In this document: piece after piece, positions 10,441 through 19,948 of the stretch
Numbering within the stretch: the stretch's first letter is position 1
Layout: each line of letters opens with the position of its first letter
Source: Thermoleophilia bacterium
GTDB lineage: Bacteria; Actinomycetota; Thermoleophilia; RBG-16-64-13
Direction: 5' to 3'
Assembly (NCBI GenBank): GCA_027493445.1
Contig: JAOSKU010000001.1
Span: 1,803,936 to 1,867,935, forward strand
DNA length: 64,000 nt
Position numbers and translations under genes: made by a program
The notes under the pieces: generated by a model
Told to the model about the DNA's origin: nothing
What the model saw: only the letters and a program-made list of their open reading frames with translations
Databases searched by the model: none

Positions 10441-10633
10441 CCTCGTGGGAGAGCCACTCCTCGAGGGTGCCCTCGAGAGACCGGGCGAACTCCAAATCGA
10501 GCGGGTCGGCCTTGCGCATCGTCACCTGGTCGCCTGTCACGAGAAAAGCAACGGAGTCGCCCTGCCGCAGCCCCAGCGCGGCCCGCACGGACGCCGGGAT
10601 GGTAGCCTGGTACTTCTTGGTCAGTCGACTCAT
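10415..10633 (-). CDS. mazE: MazE/AbrB/SpoVT-family antitoxin
   Basis: Swapped-hairpin motif MSRLTKKYQATIPASVRAALGLRQGDSVAF. Internal ATG at 10633 with an upstream GGAAG. Confidence 0.75.
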   Translation of the reverse strand: MSRLTKKYQATIPASVRAALGLRQGDSVAFLVTGDQVTMRKADPLDLEFARSLEGTLEEWLSHEDEDAYRGL

Positions 10634-10684
10634 GGCTGTTACTTCCTTGGAGCGCACGTCGATCACCTGGCCCTGGCCATCCAT

Positions 10685-10725
10685 TGGTAATACAGTAATA
10701 CTATGCTACTGCATTACTCGCTATC
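10685..10725 (-). promoter_or_regulatory. AT-rich promoter/operator candidate of mazEF with inverted repeat AGTAAT(N13)ATTACT
   Basis: An unusually AT-rich patch (ggtaatacagtaatactatgctactgcattactcgctatc) 60-90 nt upstream of the mazE start. It contains a 6-bp inverted repeat and TAGTAT/TATTAC -10-like hexamers on the gene strand. Confidence 0.35.
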
Positions 10726-10983
10726 AGACAAAGCCGCCCGGCATCGTGCTCGCTCAGTGTTCCTAGTGCGCTCTTGGAAGATAGACCACCCCGGGTGAAA
10801 GCCGGATGCATCCTTGGTTGGATTCTGGCCAGATCGCACGTATGGCAATTCCAGGATCTGGGCGCCGGGTATCACCCGCGACTGCTACCTGGATTTGCCT
10901 TTCGCCGCAGGCCCCGGAACTCCGCAGGCGGAGCCGGGTATCACCATTGGGGTGGAAATGGCGACGGCGCCCCCCGCCGGCCC

Positions 10984-11610
10984 CTACGCCGGCGGCCAGG
11001 GCTGGGACGGTGGCTGCGGCGGTGGCTGCGGCTGCCCCTGCTGCGACTGGGGCGGCCACCCCTCTGGATGCCCTTGTGGCTGCGGGCCCGGCCACGGCTG
11101 CCCGGGCGGAACCTCCCTGGGCCACGGCTGCGGCTGGTGCGGCTGACCCGGCCACTGTCCCGGCCGCGGCTGCAACCCGGGCGGCGCGACACGCGCCGCC
11201 CGGCGCGCCAGGACTCCTGCAATCAGCGCGAGCAAGGGGGGTCCAGCAAGGGGCCCGGCCACCGGCGCCAGGAACTGGACCCCATCGGGCTGAAGGGCCA
11301 CCAGCGCCCCGGCGGCCCCGGCGGCGGCCAGCAGCCCGAGGACACCCGGCAGCACCAGGAACCACAGGGCTGTGCGCCGGCTCTTCGGTCCCACGAACAC
11401 CCCGATCAAAGCCGGAAGCGCCACCAAAGCCAAGATGAGCGCGCCGCTCCCGAAGATCCCCAACGCCAGGAACACGGCGCCGGGCCCCCGGCCTCCGTCC
11501 CAGGTCTCTGGATCGCGCAGGACCTCGCGGACTAGAAACACCAGGTTGGCCGCTACCAGACCGGCCGCAACGGCGGCCACGAACGCCAGGAGTCGTCCGG
11601 TGATTCTCAT
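10984..11610 (-). CDS. Hypothetical 4-TM membrane protein with Pro/Gln/Trp-rich low-complexity C-terminal tail
   Basis: RBS GGAGG 7 nt before the ATG. Four hydrophobic helices, then the tail PRPGQWPGQPHQPQPWP...PQPPPQPPSQPWPPA, encoded by a periodic GGCTGCGG-type nucleotide repeat at 10990-11160. The start overlaps the upstream gene's stop (co-transcribed). Confidence 0.55.
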   Translation of the reverse strand: MRITGRLLAFVAAVAAGLVAANLVFLVREVLRDPETWDGGRGPGAVFLALGIFGSGALILALVALPALIGVFVGPKSRRTALWFLVLPGVLGLLAAAGAAGALVALQPDGVQFLAPVAGPLAGPPLLALIAGVLARRAARVAPPGLQPRPGQWPGQPHQPQPWPREVPPGQPWPGPQPQGHPEGWPPQSQQGQPQPPPQPPSQPWPPA

Positions 11611-12652
11611 GGCCGGCCTCCTACCGGCGGCCCAAGAGACCCTGGAGCCGGCTCCTCAGCGGGCCGGTCCCACAGCGGTCGGCCGACGCGAAGCAGCGCA
11701 TCCAGAGGTCGCAGGAAGCCCTCCCGCAACGCGGACCGCACCGTGTCGTGGCGGGCGACCCAGCGAGCCAGACCGGGACCGTTGCGCTCGTACCACCCGA
11801 TGAAAGCCCGGCCGGCCGGCCGCGGGCGCAGCACCCGTTCCCGGAAGGTCCGCAGCACGGCTATCTCCTGGGCCACCGGGGTGCCGTAGGCTATGGTAGC
11901 CACGAAGCAGTCGATCTCCTCGCCGGCCGTCTCCCCGCCCGATCCGCTGACCTTCCAGGGCGGAGCCTCCGGGTCGAAGGAGTTGGTCGACTCGATGATC
12001 ACCCGCTCGTTCCCGGAGGTGCCGCCTTTGAGATACGGGTTCTCCTGGGCCTCCGCGGCGCTCAAAGCCTTCCCTAGCCAGCCGTCGACCACCCAGGCGT
12101 CGCCGCCCCAGGTGGTCGGATCGTTGGGATCGGCCCCGTCGGCCATGCCCCAGACGGCGATCTCGTGCCCGGGAGCGGTCAGGATGCGGACGTTGCCCGC
12201 CACGCCGGCGTGTTTGAGGATGTAGTAGGCGGTGTTGGCCTGCTCGCTGCACTGGCTCAGGCGGTTTTCCCAGGCCCATTCGGCTGTGTGCCGGTAGTCG
12301 AAGTCGTTGCGGTCGCGCCACTCCCCGAAAGCCTTGTCCGCGGCGCTCTCTCCGAAGACGCTCAGCCAGTTCCCGGGGATGCTCATGCGCTCGAAGCTGT
12401 TCACGTTGACCATGCGCCGGTCGAGCACCCCGGTGAGCCAGGCGGCGATCTCGTCCCGGGGAGTTCCGGCTTGGTCCAGTGTGCGGACAACTCGCACGGC
12501 TTCGTCGAGGGTGTCGGGGTCGGTGGCAGGAAGGTCGGCAGCCCAGGCATTCACGGGGAGCACAATGAGCATCAGGCAGACACTCAGGAGTACAGCGGCC
12601 CGGAGATACCCGCCGCGCCTATCTCGCCCGCGGTCGTGCGACACGACTAGCC
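11607..12652 (-). CDS. Secreted hypothetical protein with conserved C-terminal CFxATIAYG...LRTFRERVL...WYERNGPGLARWVARH domain
   Basis: Likely GTG start at 12652 after AAAGGGGGG. Signal peptide ...LLSVCLMLIVLPVNAWA/ADLP. The C-terminal 90 aa match a recurring motif arrangement (Cys-Phe-x-Ala-Thr-x-Ala-Tyr-Gly ... LRxFRExxL ... YxxxxPxxAxxxARH) that I recognise from secreted proteins but cannot name. Confidence 0.6.
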
Positions 12653-12970
12653 CCCCTTTCGCGACGCTGCCTGTGAGTCCGGCCGGCTGAGCACAGCGCG
12701 ACTCGAGTCCAAGCATGGAGTCCAAGCATACCCGACTTCACTGGACTCAGGGAAATCATCGGCATCACCGGGCCGAAGCTGAAGGCAACGATATGACCGT
12801 CTCTCGGGCAGCGCGAACGCCACTCGTCCGCAGCCCGTCGCTCAGATTCTCGGCTCGAGCCTGACGATAGGCGTCGACGGCGGCCATAAGGATTCAGGGC
12901 TCGCCTGCCGAATAGAGTAATTACGGCTCAAGGTGCCGGAACCTCGCGTCGTCGGATCTGAGTGTTTCGT

Positions 12971-13000
12971 TTGACAGATGAAGTTCGTCTGCCCTAGTAT
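12971..13000 (+). promoter_or_regulatory. Sigma-70-like promoter candidate (TTGACA-18nt-TAGTAT) for wbaP-like gene
   Basis: TTGACA at 12971-12976 and TAGTAT at 12995-13000. RBS GGGAGAG at 13021 and GTG at 13029. Confidence 0.35.
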
Positions 13001-13028
13001 CGATACCGCGAACTGACCCCGGGAGAGC

Positions 13029-14503
13029 GTGAACACCTTCACCTACTCCGAGCCACTCACCGGCACGGCCCAGAACCAGGGCCGGTTCCGGCCACGCCGC
13101 ATGCTCGCCGCCCTGGATGCCGCCGCCGCCGGGACGGCCCTGCTGGCGGCCGTCATGGGACTCTCCTTGCGGGGAGTGACCGACCCAGCGGCGCAGCTCT
13201 CCCACATGACCACGCTCGGGCTCACGTACGTGACCCTCGCCCTTCTCCTCTTCCACAACGGACAGTACTCGGTAGGCCGGCGCCTGTCGCGCCTGGACGA
13301 CACGCTCATCCTGCTCCGCAGCCTGGCGCTCGCGTATCTGGTGATCGAGGGGGCGTCCTTCGCCACCAAGGGCTTCTTCACGGGCTTCACCGGTCACTCC
13401 CGGCTGATCGTTTTCGGCGACCTCTTGCTGGCTCTCATCCTCATGGGGGCCGCCCGCTGGGCCCTGCGCGCCTATCAGGTGAGGCTCTACGTGAGCGGCG
13501 CGTCGCTGAGCCGGGTCATCATGGCCGGCTCCGGCCGGGCCGCGGCCGACTTCGCCCGCTTCCTCGAGCGCCGTCCGTGGTTGGGCGTGCGTTGCGCCGG
13601 CGGCCTCAGCGTGGCGGGCGAAGGGGGCCGGGCGCCTGCCGCCCGGGCGGTCCCCTGGTCCCGCTCATCGGGAACCTGGCCGAAGCTCGTACTGTCCTGG
13701 CGGCCTACGGTGCGAGCGAGGTGATCGTGGCCCTCGACCCCCACGAGCACCATCACCTGCCACGTATCGCCAGCGAGCTTTCGGGGGCTGGCGTACCCTT
13801 CCGAGTGGTCCCCTCCCTCTTCGAATACGGCTTTAAGTCGGCCACCCTGGCCGGCTTCCAGGAGATGCCCATGGTCGACCTGGGGGTGGACCCCATGGAC
13901 CGAGTGCAGCGCACCCTGAAACGGGCCCTCGACGTGGCCACCGCCGCTCTGGCTCTGTCCCTGACCGCCCCGGCGCTGCTGGCGGTGGCCGCCGCCGTCA
14001 AGCTTACCTCCCCCGGGCCGGTCTTCTTCCGCCAGGAGCGGGTGGGCCACAGAGGGCGCCATTTCCAGATGCTCAAGTTTCGCACCATGGTGCAGGACGC
14101 CGAGACCAGACTCGCGGAGCTGCAGACCCGCAACGAGGCCGAAGGGGCGCTCTTCAAGATCAGGGCCGATCCCCGGCTCACCCGGGTGGGCGCCTTCCTG
14201 CGCGCCTGGAGTCTGGACGAGTTCCCGCAGTTCTGGAACGTACTCCGGGGCGACATGAGCGTGGTCGGGCCCCGGCCGCCCCTGCCCCGAGAGGTGGAGA
14301 CCTACAAGACCCAGCACCACTGCCGGCTCAAGGCCACCCCCGGTATCACCGGCCTCTGGCAGGTCTCGGGCCGCAGCGACCTCAGCTTCGACGAGATGGT
14401 CAAGCTTGACCGCTACTACATCGAGAACTGGTCGGTGGGACTCGACCTGCGGATCCTCCTCAAGACGGCCTATGTGGTGCTGGCCCGCAAGGGCGCGTAT
14501 TAG
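13029..14503 (+). CDS. Polyprenyl-phosphate hexose-1-phosphate transferase (WbaP/CpsE-like bacterial sugar transferase), apparent frameshift near 13645-13665
   Basis: The N-terminal TM region and CoA-binding-like region are in ORF 13029-13724. The C-terminal Bac_transf domain (KFRTM...SLDEFPQFWNVLRGDMSVVGPRPPLP) is in ORF 13577-14503. The frames switch in a GC run. Confidence 0.75.
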
Positions 14504-14516
14504 ATACTATGCGCCC

Positions 14517-14945
14517 ATGAACCCCCTCCTTCACAGCGGGCTTGTCAAGATCGCGCGCGCGTACCGCGTGGATCTCATCTACGCCTTCGGCAGCCGGGCG
14601 GAGGAGGTCGCGTCCCTCCTATCCGGACTCCCGACTCACCCGGAGCATCCCCACTCGGACGCCGACATCGGCGTTCAGCCGGAGCGGGAACACCGCCTCA
14701 CCGCACGCGAGCGCGTCCGCCTCACGCTGGACTTGGAAAGAGAGCTGGGGATCGGGCCCGTGGACCTGGTGATCCTCCCTGAAGCAAACGCGTTCCTGGC
14801 GGCGGAGGTGGTAAGGGGCGAACTGCTCCACGCGCGGGACCTCGACGAAGAGGCCGAGACCCAGCTCTACTACCTGCGCCGGGCCGGCGATCTAGCCCCC
14901 TTCTTCCGCGAGCAATGGCTCGACACCGTAGGGAGCGAGCTGTGA
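14517..14945 (+). CDS. mnt: Minimal nucleotidyltransferase (MNT), antitoxin partner of HepT
   Basis: Pol-beta superfamily motif DLIYAFGSRA...DADIGV. Internal ATG at 14517. Confidence 0.75.
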   Translation: MNPLLHSGLVKIARAYRVDLIYAFGSRAEEVASLLSGLPTHPEHPHSDADIGVQPEREHRLTARERVRLTLDLERELGIGPVDLVILPEANAFLAAEVVRGELLHARDLDEEAETQLYYLRRAGDLAPFFREQWLDTVGSEL

Positions 14946-15400
14946 CCCCCTCCCAGATGCGGGCTGCAACGATTCTCGAGAAAAGCGGGCAGGTGCGTAC
15001 GATGCTGCAGGGCATCACAGACCTACCCTTGGCGAGCCTGCAGGACTTCGTGTCCGACCCGCGCAACCCCGCGGCGGCGGAGTCCTACTTGAGGCGGGCA
15101 CTCGAAGCCCTTCTCGATCTCGGCCGCCACATGTTGGCCAAGAGCTTCGGCCGCGGCCCGGCGGAGTATAAGGAAGTCGCCGCGGCCCTGGCCCGCGCCG
15201 GGGTGCTCGACGAGGCCCAAGGTGCGCTGCTGATGGAGCTCGCCGGCTATCGGAACCGTCTGGTCCACTTCTACGACGAGATCTCCGACCGGGAGCTGTA
15301 CGAGATCTGCTCGGACCAGCTCGGAGACGTCCGCTCCCTCCTTGAGGCCCTGCTGGACTGGGTGCGCCGGCACCCGGAGAGGGTCGACGGCGCCTTGTAG
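14942..15400 (+). CDS. hepT: HepT-like (DUF86) HEPN RNase toxin
   Basis: Rx4HxY motif in GYRNRLVHFYDEI. GTG at 14942 overlaps the MNT stop (GTGA). Confidence 0.75.
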   Translation: MTPSQMRAATILEKSGQVRTMLQGITDLPLASLQDFVSDPRNPAAAESYLRRALEALLDLGRHMLAKSFGRGPAEYKEVAAALARAGVLDEAQGALLMELAGYRNRLVHFYDEISDRELYEICSDQLGDVRSLLEALLDWVRRHPERVDGAL

Positions 15401-15594
15401 AGCCCCCGGGCGTGGCCCTCAGAAGTCCAGCGGCGCCACGGGCCGGGAGGCCGCGAGCTCCGAAGCGCAGGCGCCGCCAACTTCCCGAAGGGTCCGCTTC
15501 CCGGCGGACGCCGGGCGGTTTGGTGGAAGAAGGTGCGGCTCGCGCTGTGCGGCGCGGCGGCGCCGAAGGCGGACTTCACCTGCCGGCGGCCCCG

Positions 15595-15618
15595 AGAGCT
15601 CGTTTCAAGACGAGCTCT
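15595..15618. terminator. Hairpin (9-bp stem AGAGCTCGT / ACGAGCTCT) between convergent hepT and pilin genes
   Basis: Seen directly in the sequence. It overlaps the pilin stop codon. Confidence 0.4.
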
Positions 15619-16197
15619 ACGCCGTGGGCACACGCACCACCTCGGCGGACGTGTTGCCTTTGCCATCCACGTAGAAGATGTCCACCGTCTTGGCCGCGGT
15701 GTTGAAGTGGATCACCAGCGAGCCCACCAGGTAGCGCCGGCTGATTTCGTACGGCTGAGAGTCGAACACCTCATACCGGCACTCGGCGTTGTCCGATATG
15801 TAGACCGCGGGGAGGGCGGTGAGGGGATCTGTGGGCAGGGAACGGCTGTTGAGTATGGCGTACGCCCGTTCGCCGTCGGCGTAGGCATTGGAGTAACCCC
15901 CCTTGCTCCCGCTGGCCCGGAGGATCGTCTCCAGATGGGTGCTCAGGTAGCGCTCGGAGCTCCCTCGCCCGCCGGCTGGTAGCTGGAATCGTAACCCGCC
16001 AGCATCTCCTGCTGAACCAGCGAAGCCAGACTGCGCATGTTCATGTCCAGAACCGAGTCGTGGGCTTTCGCGCGAAGAGTCGGAACCCCCAAGGCGACGA
16101 CCGCCGATACGATCACGACTATGACGAGCAGCTCAAGCGCGCTAAAGCCGCCTTCCCGGAAGGAATCGGGGCCACGGGCTGAGGGACCGCCGGCCAT
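15617..16197 (-). CDS. Type IV pilin-like / pseudopilin with prepilin N-terminal cleavage-methylation motif; apparent frameshift near 15950
   Basis: The N-terminus is MAGGPSARGPDSFREGGFSALELLVIVVIVSAVVALG (G/F-S-A-L-E leader-peptidase site). The body continues in another frame (..STHLETILRASGSKGGYSNAYADGERAYAILN...ECRYEVFD...) down to the stop at 15617. Confidence 0.55.
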
Positions 16198-16198
16198 G

Positions 16199-17735
16199 CT
16201 ACTCGAAGACCTCCAGCCGGTTCTTGCCATGGGCCTTGGCTGAACGCAGGGCCTGGTCGGCGTGGTGCAACACATCGTCGGCCCCGAGGTGATCGCCGCC
16301 GGCCACCACAAGCCCCGCACTGCTGGTCGCTCTGACCTCTTCGGAGTCGAGGATGAAGGCCTGCTCGAACAGGCCGATGATGCGCCGGCCGACGAGGCTC
16401 GCCTGGTGACCACCGGCGGCATCGGCGATGAGAACCCCGAACTCGTCGTCGCCAAGACGAGCGGCGGTGCCCGCCGGCGGCACCACACTCTCGAGCCGCC
16501 GGGCTACCTGCGCGAGCAGTTCGTCTCCGGCTGCGGGACCCAGGCTGTGGTTTATCAGCTGGAAATCATCCACATCGAGGAGAATGACCGCAGTTCTGGC
16601 GCCCTCCCGCCGAGCGGCCTCCAAGGCTTGCTCCACCCGATCCCTGAACAGAGCCCGATTGGCCAGGCCGGTGAGGGAGTCGTGGGTGGCTCCGATGGCC
16701 CGCAGGCGACCGTTCTCGTGGAGAACCACAATCTGTCTCACGACCACCGCCAGAACCAGGGCAGCGGTTCCGAGAATGATGAACCCCGTTTCAGTCCCCA
16801 GCGAAGAGCGGGTGGCGTAGATCAGCAGCGCCAGCCCGACCGTGATGGAGCCCAAGGGCAGCAGGCCCCCGGCCACGTGGCAGGTTCCTTGGGGGACTCG
16901 TGATTCCCTCTGCCGGATCGAGCGAACTCGGCGTAGCTCGCCCAGGCGAACACGACCCACGACACCATGTAGCCAGCGTCGGACACCCCTCCCGCCTGGG
17001 GCATGTCCTGTATGCTCTGGTATCCGTAGACCACGTCCGCGGCAAGGCCGACGAGAAGGCCGGCACTGAGCAGCACGTGACTCGCGTGGATGCGCTGCCC
17101 TCCGCTCCGCAGCACGAGGTAGATGACTCCCGCCAGGAGCAGCACGTCGCCCACCGGGTAGCCAACGGCGAGGGAGTACGCGAGCAGGCTGTCTTCCCCA
17201 GCGTGCAGGGTGGGAAGGAGGAAGAAGTACGAGACCACCATCCCCCGCCCAGGAAGACGGTGAGGCTGTCCAACCAGAAGGCCGCCTGATGCGAGCGATC
17301 CCGAAACGCGCTGGGGAAAGCCAGCAGGCCGCCCAGCATCAGAGGGTAGTACGCGAGGTAGCCCACGTCGGCCAAGGAGGGGAAAGGCGTCTTACCGAGC
17401 AGGTTCTGATACACGAAGAAGAGCGAGTCGCCCGCGAAGAAGCTCCCGAAGCCCATCGCCAGCAGGCGCCAGGCCCATCTGGATCTTCGTTCGGTCTGAA
17501 TTCCCGACGCAATCCACGCCAGCAGGGTGGTGGCCAGTCCTACAGGGAGCATGCCCAGGTTGGCAATGAACGATCGGTCGGCCGCGTCCCCCCAGTTGAC
17601 AATGACGCCAACCAGGTAGGCGACGCACAGGCCGGAGGCGGCCAGTATCGTGAACATCCAGGGGCGGGCGAGCTGCGCTTTCGCTGCGCGTGCCCGACCA
17701 GAACACCAGCCTTCGATGCTGGCAACCACTCCCAC
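16199..17735 (-). CDS. Membrane-anchored diguanylate cyclase (multi-TM sensor + GGDEF domain), two apparent frameshifts (about 17245 at a GGGGG run, about 16900)
   Basis: Three track ORFs (16791-17735, 16822-17241, 16199-16960) join into one protein. It has eight or more TM helices, then the motifs DSLTGLANRALF, LDVDDFQLIN and GDDEF (active-site variant). RBS GGAGGTGA before the GTG at 17735. Confidence 0.7.
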
Positions 17736-17844
17736 GGGGCCTCACCTCCGGGCGCCAGATCTGCGTCCAGCGCGTTCCGGGTCGCCTTTGAGGGGCAATG
17801 TTGATCCTCGCGCCCCTCCTTATCGGCCAAAACGCCCGTGAAGC

Positions 17845-17945
17845 TTAGGAAGAGCGCCGTAGCTATGGGGACGGGAGCGCAGGACGAGGCTCCGCAGAGG
17901 TCCCGCAGACGCTGCGGCCGGAGCTCCTCACCTGGCGGCGGAGAA
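17845..17945. repeat. About 100-nt repeat (family A), second copy at 53326-53430
   Basis: cttaggaagagcgccgtagctatggg...ggagctcctcacctggcg aligns by eye with 53326-53430. The 5' part resembles the centre of the long palindromic elements. Confidence 0.5.
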
Positions 17946-18021
17946 TACCGGCGGCCGTGGCGCGGTCGGCGGCCGGCGCATGAAAGAGGATGACTTCAGA
18001 AGGCCGGCGGCGGGCGGGGAG

Positions 18022-18417
18022 CTACGAGAGCGGCACCAGGGCCAGGTCGGTTTGAACCAAGTCCCGTCCCAGGCAGAGCAAGGGCTGGCCGGCCAGTTTG
18101 GCCACGGCGTAGCTCATGCAGTCCCCGTAGCTCAAGGCCGCAGAATGTCTGCCTTTGCCGAAGCGCAGGAACGCCTCCGTCGCTTCATCCCAATGGGCGG
18201 CCGCGAAGGGCACCACTGCGATCTCATATTCCTGAAGGAATCGAGCAAGCTTGGGGCGCGCGTCGCGATCGAGGCGGGCCGACAAGACAAGCGTGGCCTC
18301 GGTCAACGTGGGCGCCCCCACAGCCAAGGGCTCATCGCCCTCCAGCCTGTCCACCACGGCTTGGAAGCCCGGCTCGCGCAGGACAACGGCCACTAGGGCC
18401 GAGGTGTCGACGATCAT
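18022..18417 (-). CDS. vapC: VapC PIN-domain toxin (family X; paralog at 43077-43472, fragment at 38220-38600)
   Basis: MIVDTSALVAVV...PIN acidic residues. 131 aa. Confidence 0.85.
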   Translation of the reverse strand: MIVDTSALVAVVLREPGFQAVVDRLEGDEPLAVGAPTLTEATLVLSARLDRDARPKLARFLQEYEIAVVPFAAAHWDEATEAFLRFGKGRHSAALSYGDCMSYAVAKLAGQPLLCLGRDLVQTDLALVPLS

Positions 18418-18686
18418 ACGCCGTCGGAGCCGTAGCCCAGGATCTCGTCGTCGAGTGCGTCGTCATGCGGCTTGTCCAGCAGCTCAGCGGGGATATCCGC
18501 CCAGATCTCCCGCTCGAGGAAACGCCGCCGCTGGGCCGTGCGCGCAGCGCGAGACACGCGCAGTGTGAGTCGATCTCGTTTCTCCTCCAGCGCTTGCCGG
18601 ACCGCTTGGGTCTTGTTCTGACCGCTCAGCCGTGCGACCTCTTCAGCCAAGCGCTCGACGTCCGGGTTCTTGATCGTCAACGCCAT
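18414..18686 (-). CDS. vapB: VapB antitoxin (family X)
   Basis: MALTIKNPDVERLAEEVARLSGQNKTQAVRQALEE. 4-nt overlap with vapC. Confidence 0.8.
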   Translation of the reverse strand: MALTIKNPDVERLAEEVARLSGQNKTQAVRQALEEKRDRLTLRVSRAARTAQRRRFLEREIWADIPAELLDKPHDDALDDEILGYGSDGV

Positions 18687-18779
18687 GATCCCTCCGCTGT
18701 GCGCGCCTACCACCTGATGCCCATGATACCAGAATACTGAACCAATACACCAAGCAGTAACCTTGTCGCTCCTCTCTGG

Positions 18780-19190
18780 AGGGGAGCGGCCATGAATGCT
18801 GCTACCACCCAGCTCTCCGTGCGCACGCCGGGATAGCCGGCGAAGTCTGCCTGGTCATTGGTGACGAGCACTACGTCGAGGGCCACAGCATGAGCCCGCG
18901 ATCAGCATGTCAAGCGCGTCCCTCTTCCTGTTGCGGCTTGCCACGCGCATGGGGCCATGTGCCACCGCGGCCGCCGAATCGAAGGCGGCGGGGACGATAT
19001 CTTCGAGCAGAAGCCGCTGAGAATCGGGCGAACGACGGGAGCACGCGATCCAGCCTCCGCCGCGCCGGGCGTATTCGTATCTCATCGCCGACGCGCTCAA
19101 TCTCCACATCGAGGTCGTTCCGCTCATAGGCGAGTTCCGCAGGAATGCGCACCGCTTGGGAGTTGAGGGCGCTGATGTGAGCCTATGTTG
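18780..19190 (-). pseudogene. Decayed vapBC module: AbrB-type VapB fragment plus PIN toxin broken over three frames
   Basis: Fragments ..SQAVRIPAELAYERNDLDVEIERVGDEIRIRP.., ..FDSAAAVAHGPMRVASRNRKRDALDMLIAG.. and ..ALDVVLVTNDQADFAGYPGVRTESW sit in different frames with an upstream in-frame stop. Confidence 0.45.
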
Positions 19191-19620
19191 TAGCGACGGA
19201 CGACTTGTATGGCAGCGCTTCCATCTGGAGCAGCCCGGTCAAGGCGTCGAATTCGGGGTCCTTGTGGATCAGCACCGCATCTCCCCGGAGGGCGAACGCC
19301 GCGATGATGGCATCAGCCAGGGAGATACGATGTTCAGCTTTAAGCCGGGCGGCGGTCAGCACAATCGATTCGTCCATGCCCCACAGGATCTTGACGTTCA
19401 GTTGCTTGATCAAAGCGTAGCGGCGGTCCGCCTCCGCCATACCTTCTTCGTGCAGAGTAATGTAGTGCATTTCCAGGAGAACCGGCCAAGGCACGAGCGT
19501 CGTTGCCTGCTTCAACACGTATTCGACCCGGTCTGCACCTGCTTCGTCCTCGATAAGGGCCAAGAGCGCCGATGTGTCAACCAGATAGGGGTTGGATCCG
19601 GTTTCGACAGTTGCGGCCAT
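19183..19620 (-). CDS. vapC: VapC PIN toxin (family Y; paralog at 48358-48795)
   Basis: MAATVETGSNPYLVDTSALLALIEDE... Confidence 0.8.
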   Translation of the reverse strand: MAATVETGSNPYLVDTSALLALIEDEAGADRVEYVLKQATTLVPWPVLLEMHYITLHEEGMAEADRRYALIKQLNVKILWGMDESIVLTAARLKAEHRISLADAIIAAFALRGDAVLIHKDPEFDALTGLLQMEALPYKSSVATT

Positions 19621-19630
19621 TTCGTTTCGC

Positions 19631-19867
19631 TCAGAGGTGCGTTTCACGATCGCGGTCGTCTTGCCGTTCCGCCAGAAGGCGCTCAGTCAGTTTCTTTCCT
19701 CGACTGCGCCCTCGCAGGGCCTTCAGCGGATCGTCCGACACGGGGACGACCCTGATCGTTTCCCCGTCGTCCAGCCACACCAGATGCACTCCGCTATCAA
19801 TGTGGTATCGCTTGCGAATAGCGGCCGGAACGACGGTCTGCCCGCGTCTTGTTACAGCTGTCTGCAT
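19631..19867 (-). CDS. vapB: AbrB/SpoVT-type VapB antitoxin (family Y)
   Basis: MQTAVTRRGQTVVPAAIRKRYHIDSGVHLVWLDDGETIRVVP. Upstream is an operator-like CTTGTC...GACAAG inverted repeat. Confidence 0.75.
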   Translation of the reverse strand: MQTAVTRRGQTVVPAAIRKRYHIDSGVHLVWLDDGETIRVVPVSDDPLKALRGRSRGKKLTERLLAERQDDRDRETHL

Positions 19868-19948
19868 GGTTGACCTCCTCTTAGCATACTTTACAAGTCG
19901 CTTGTCGAGAACGCAAGTCTCGCTTCCCACAGACAAGGAGCCCCTCAG

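Noticed and set aside
10763-11535. Overlapping 200-253-aa ORFs on both strands across the PQ-rich gene region
   Set aside because: The periodic GC repeat keeps several frames open. Only the frame with an RBS, TM helices and coupling to the upstream gene is plausible.
12725-12760. Tandem repeat gagtccaagcat x2
   Set aside because: Only two 12-nt units; too short to call a meaningful repeat or CRISPR-like array.
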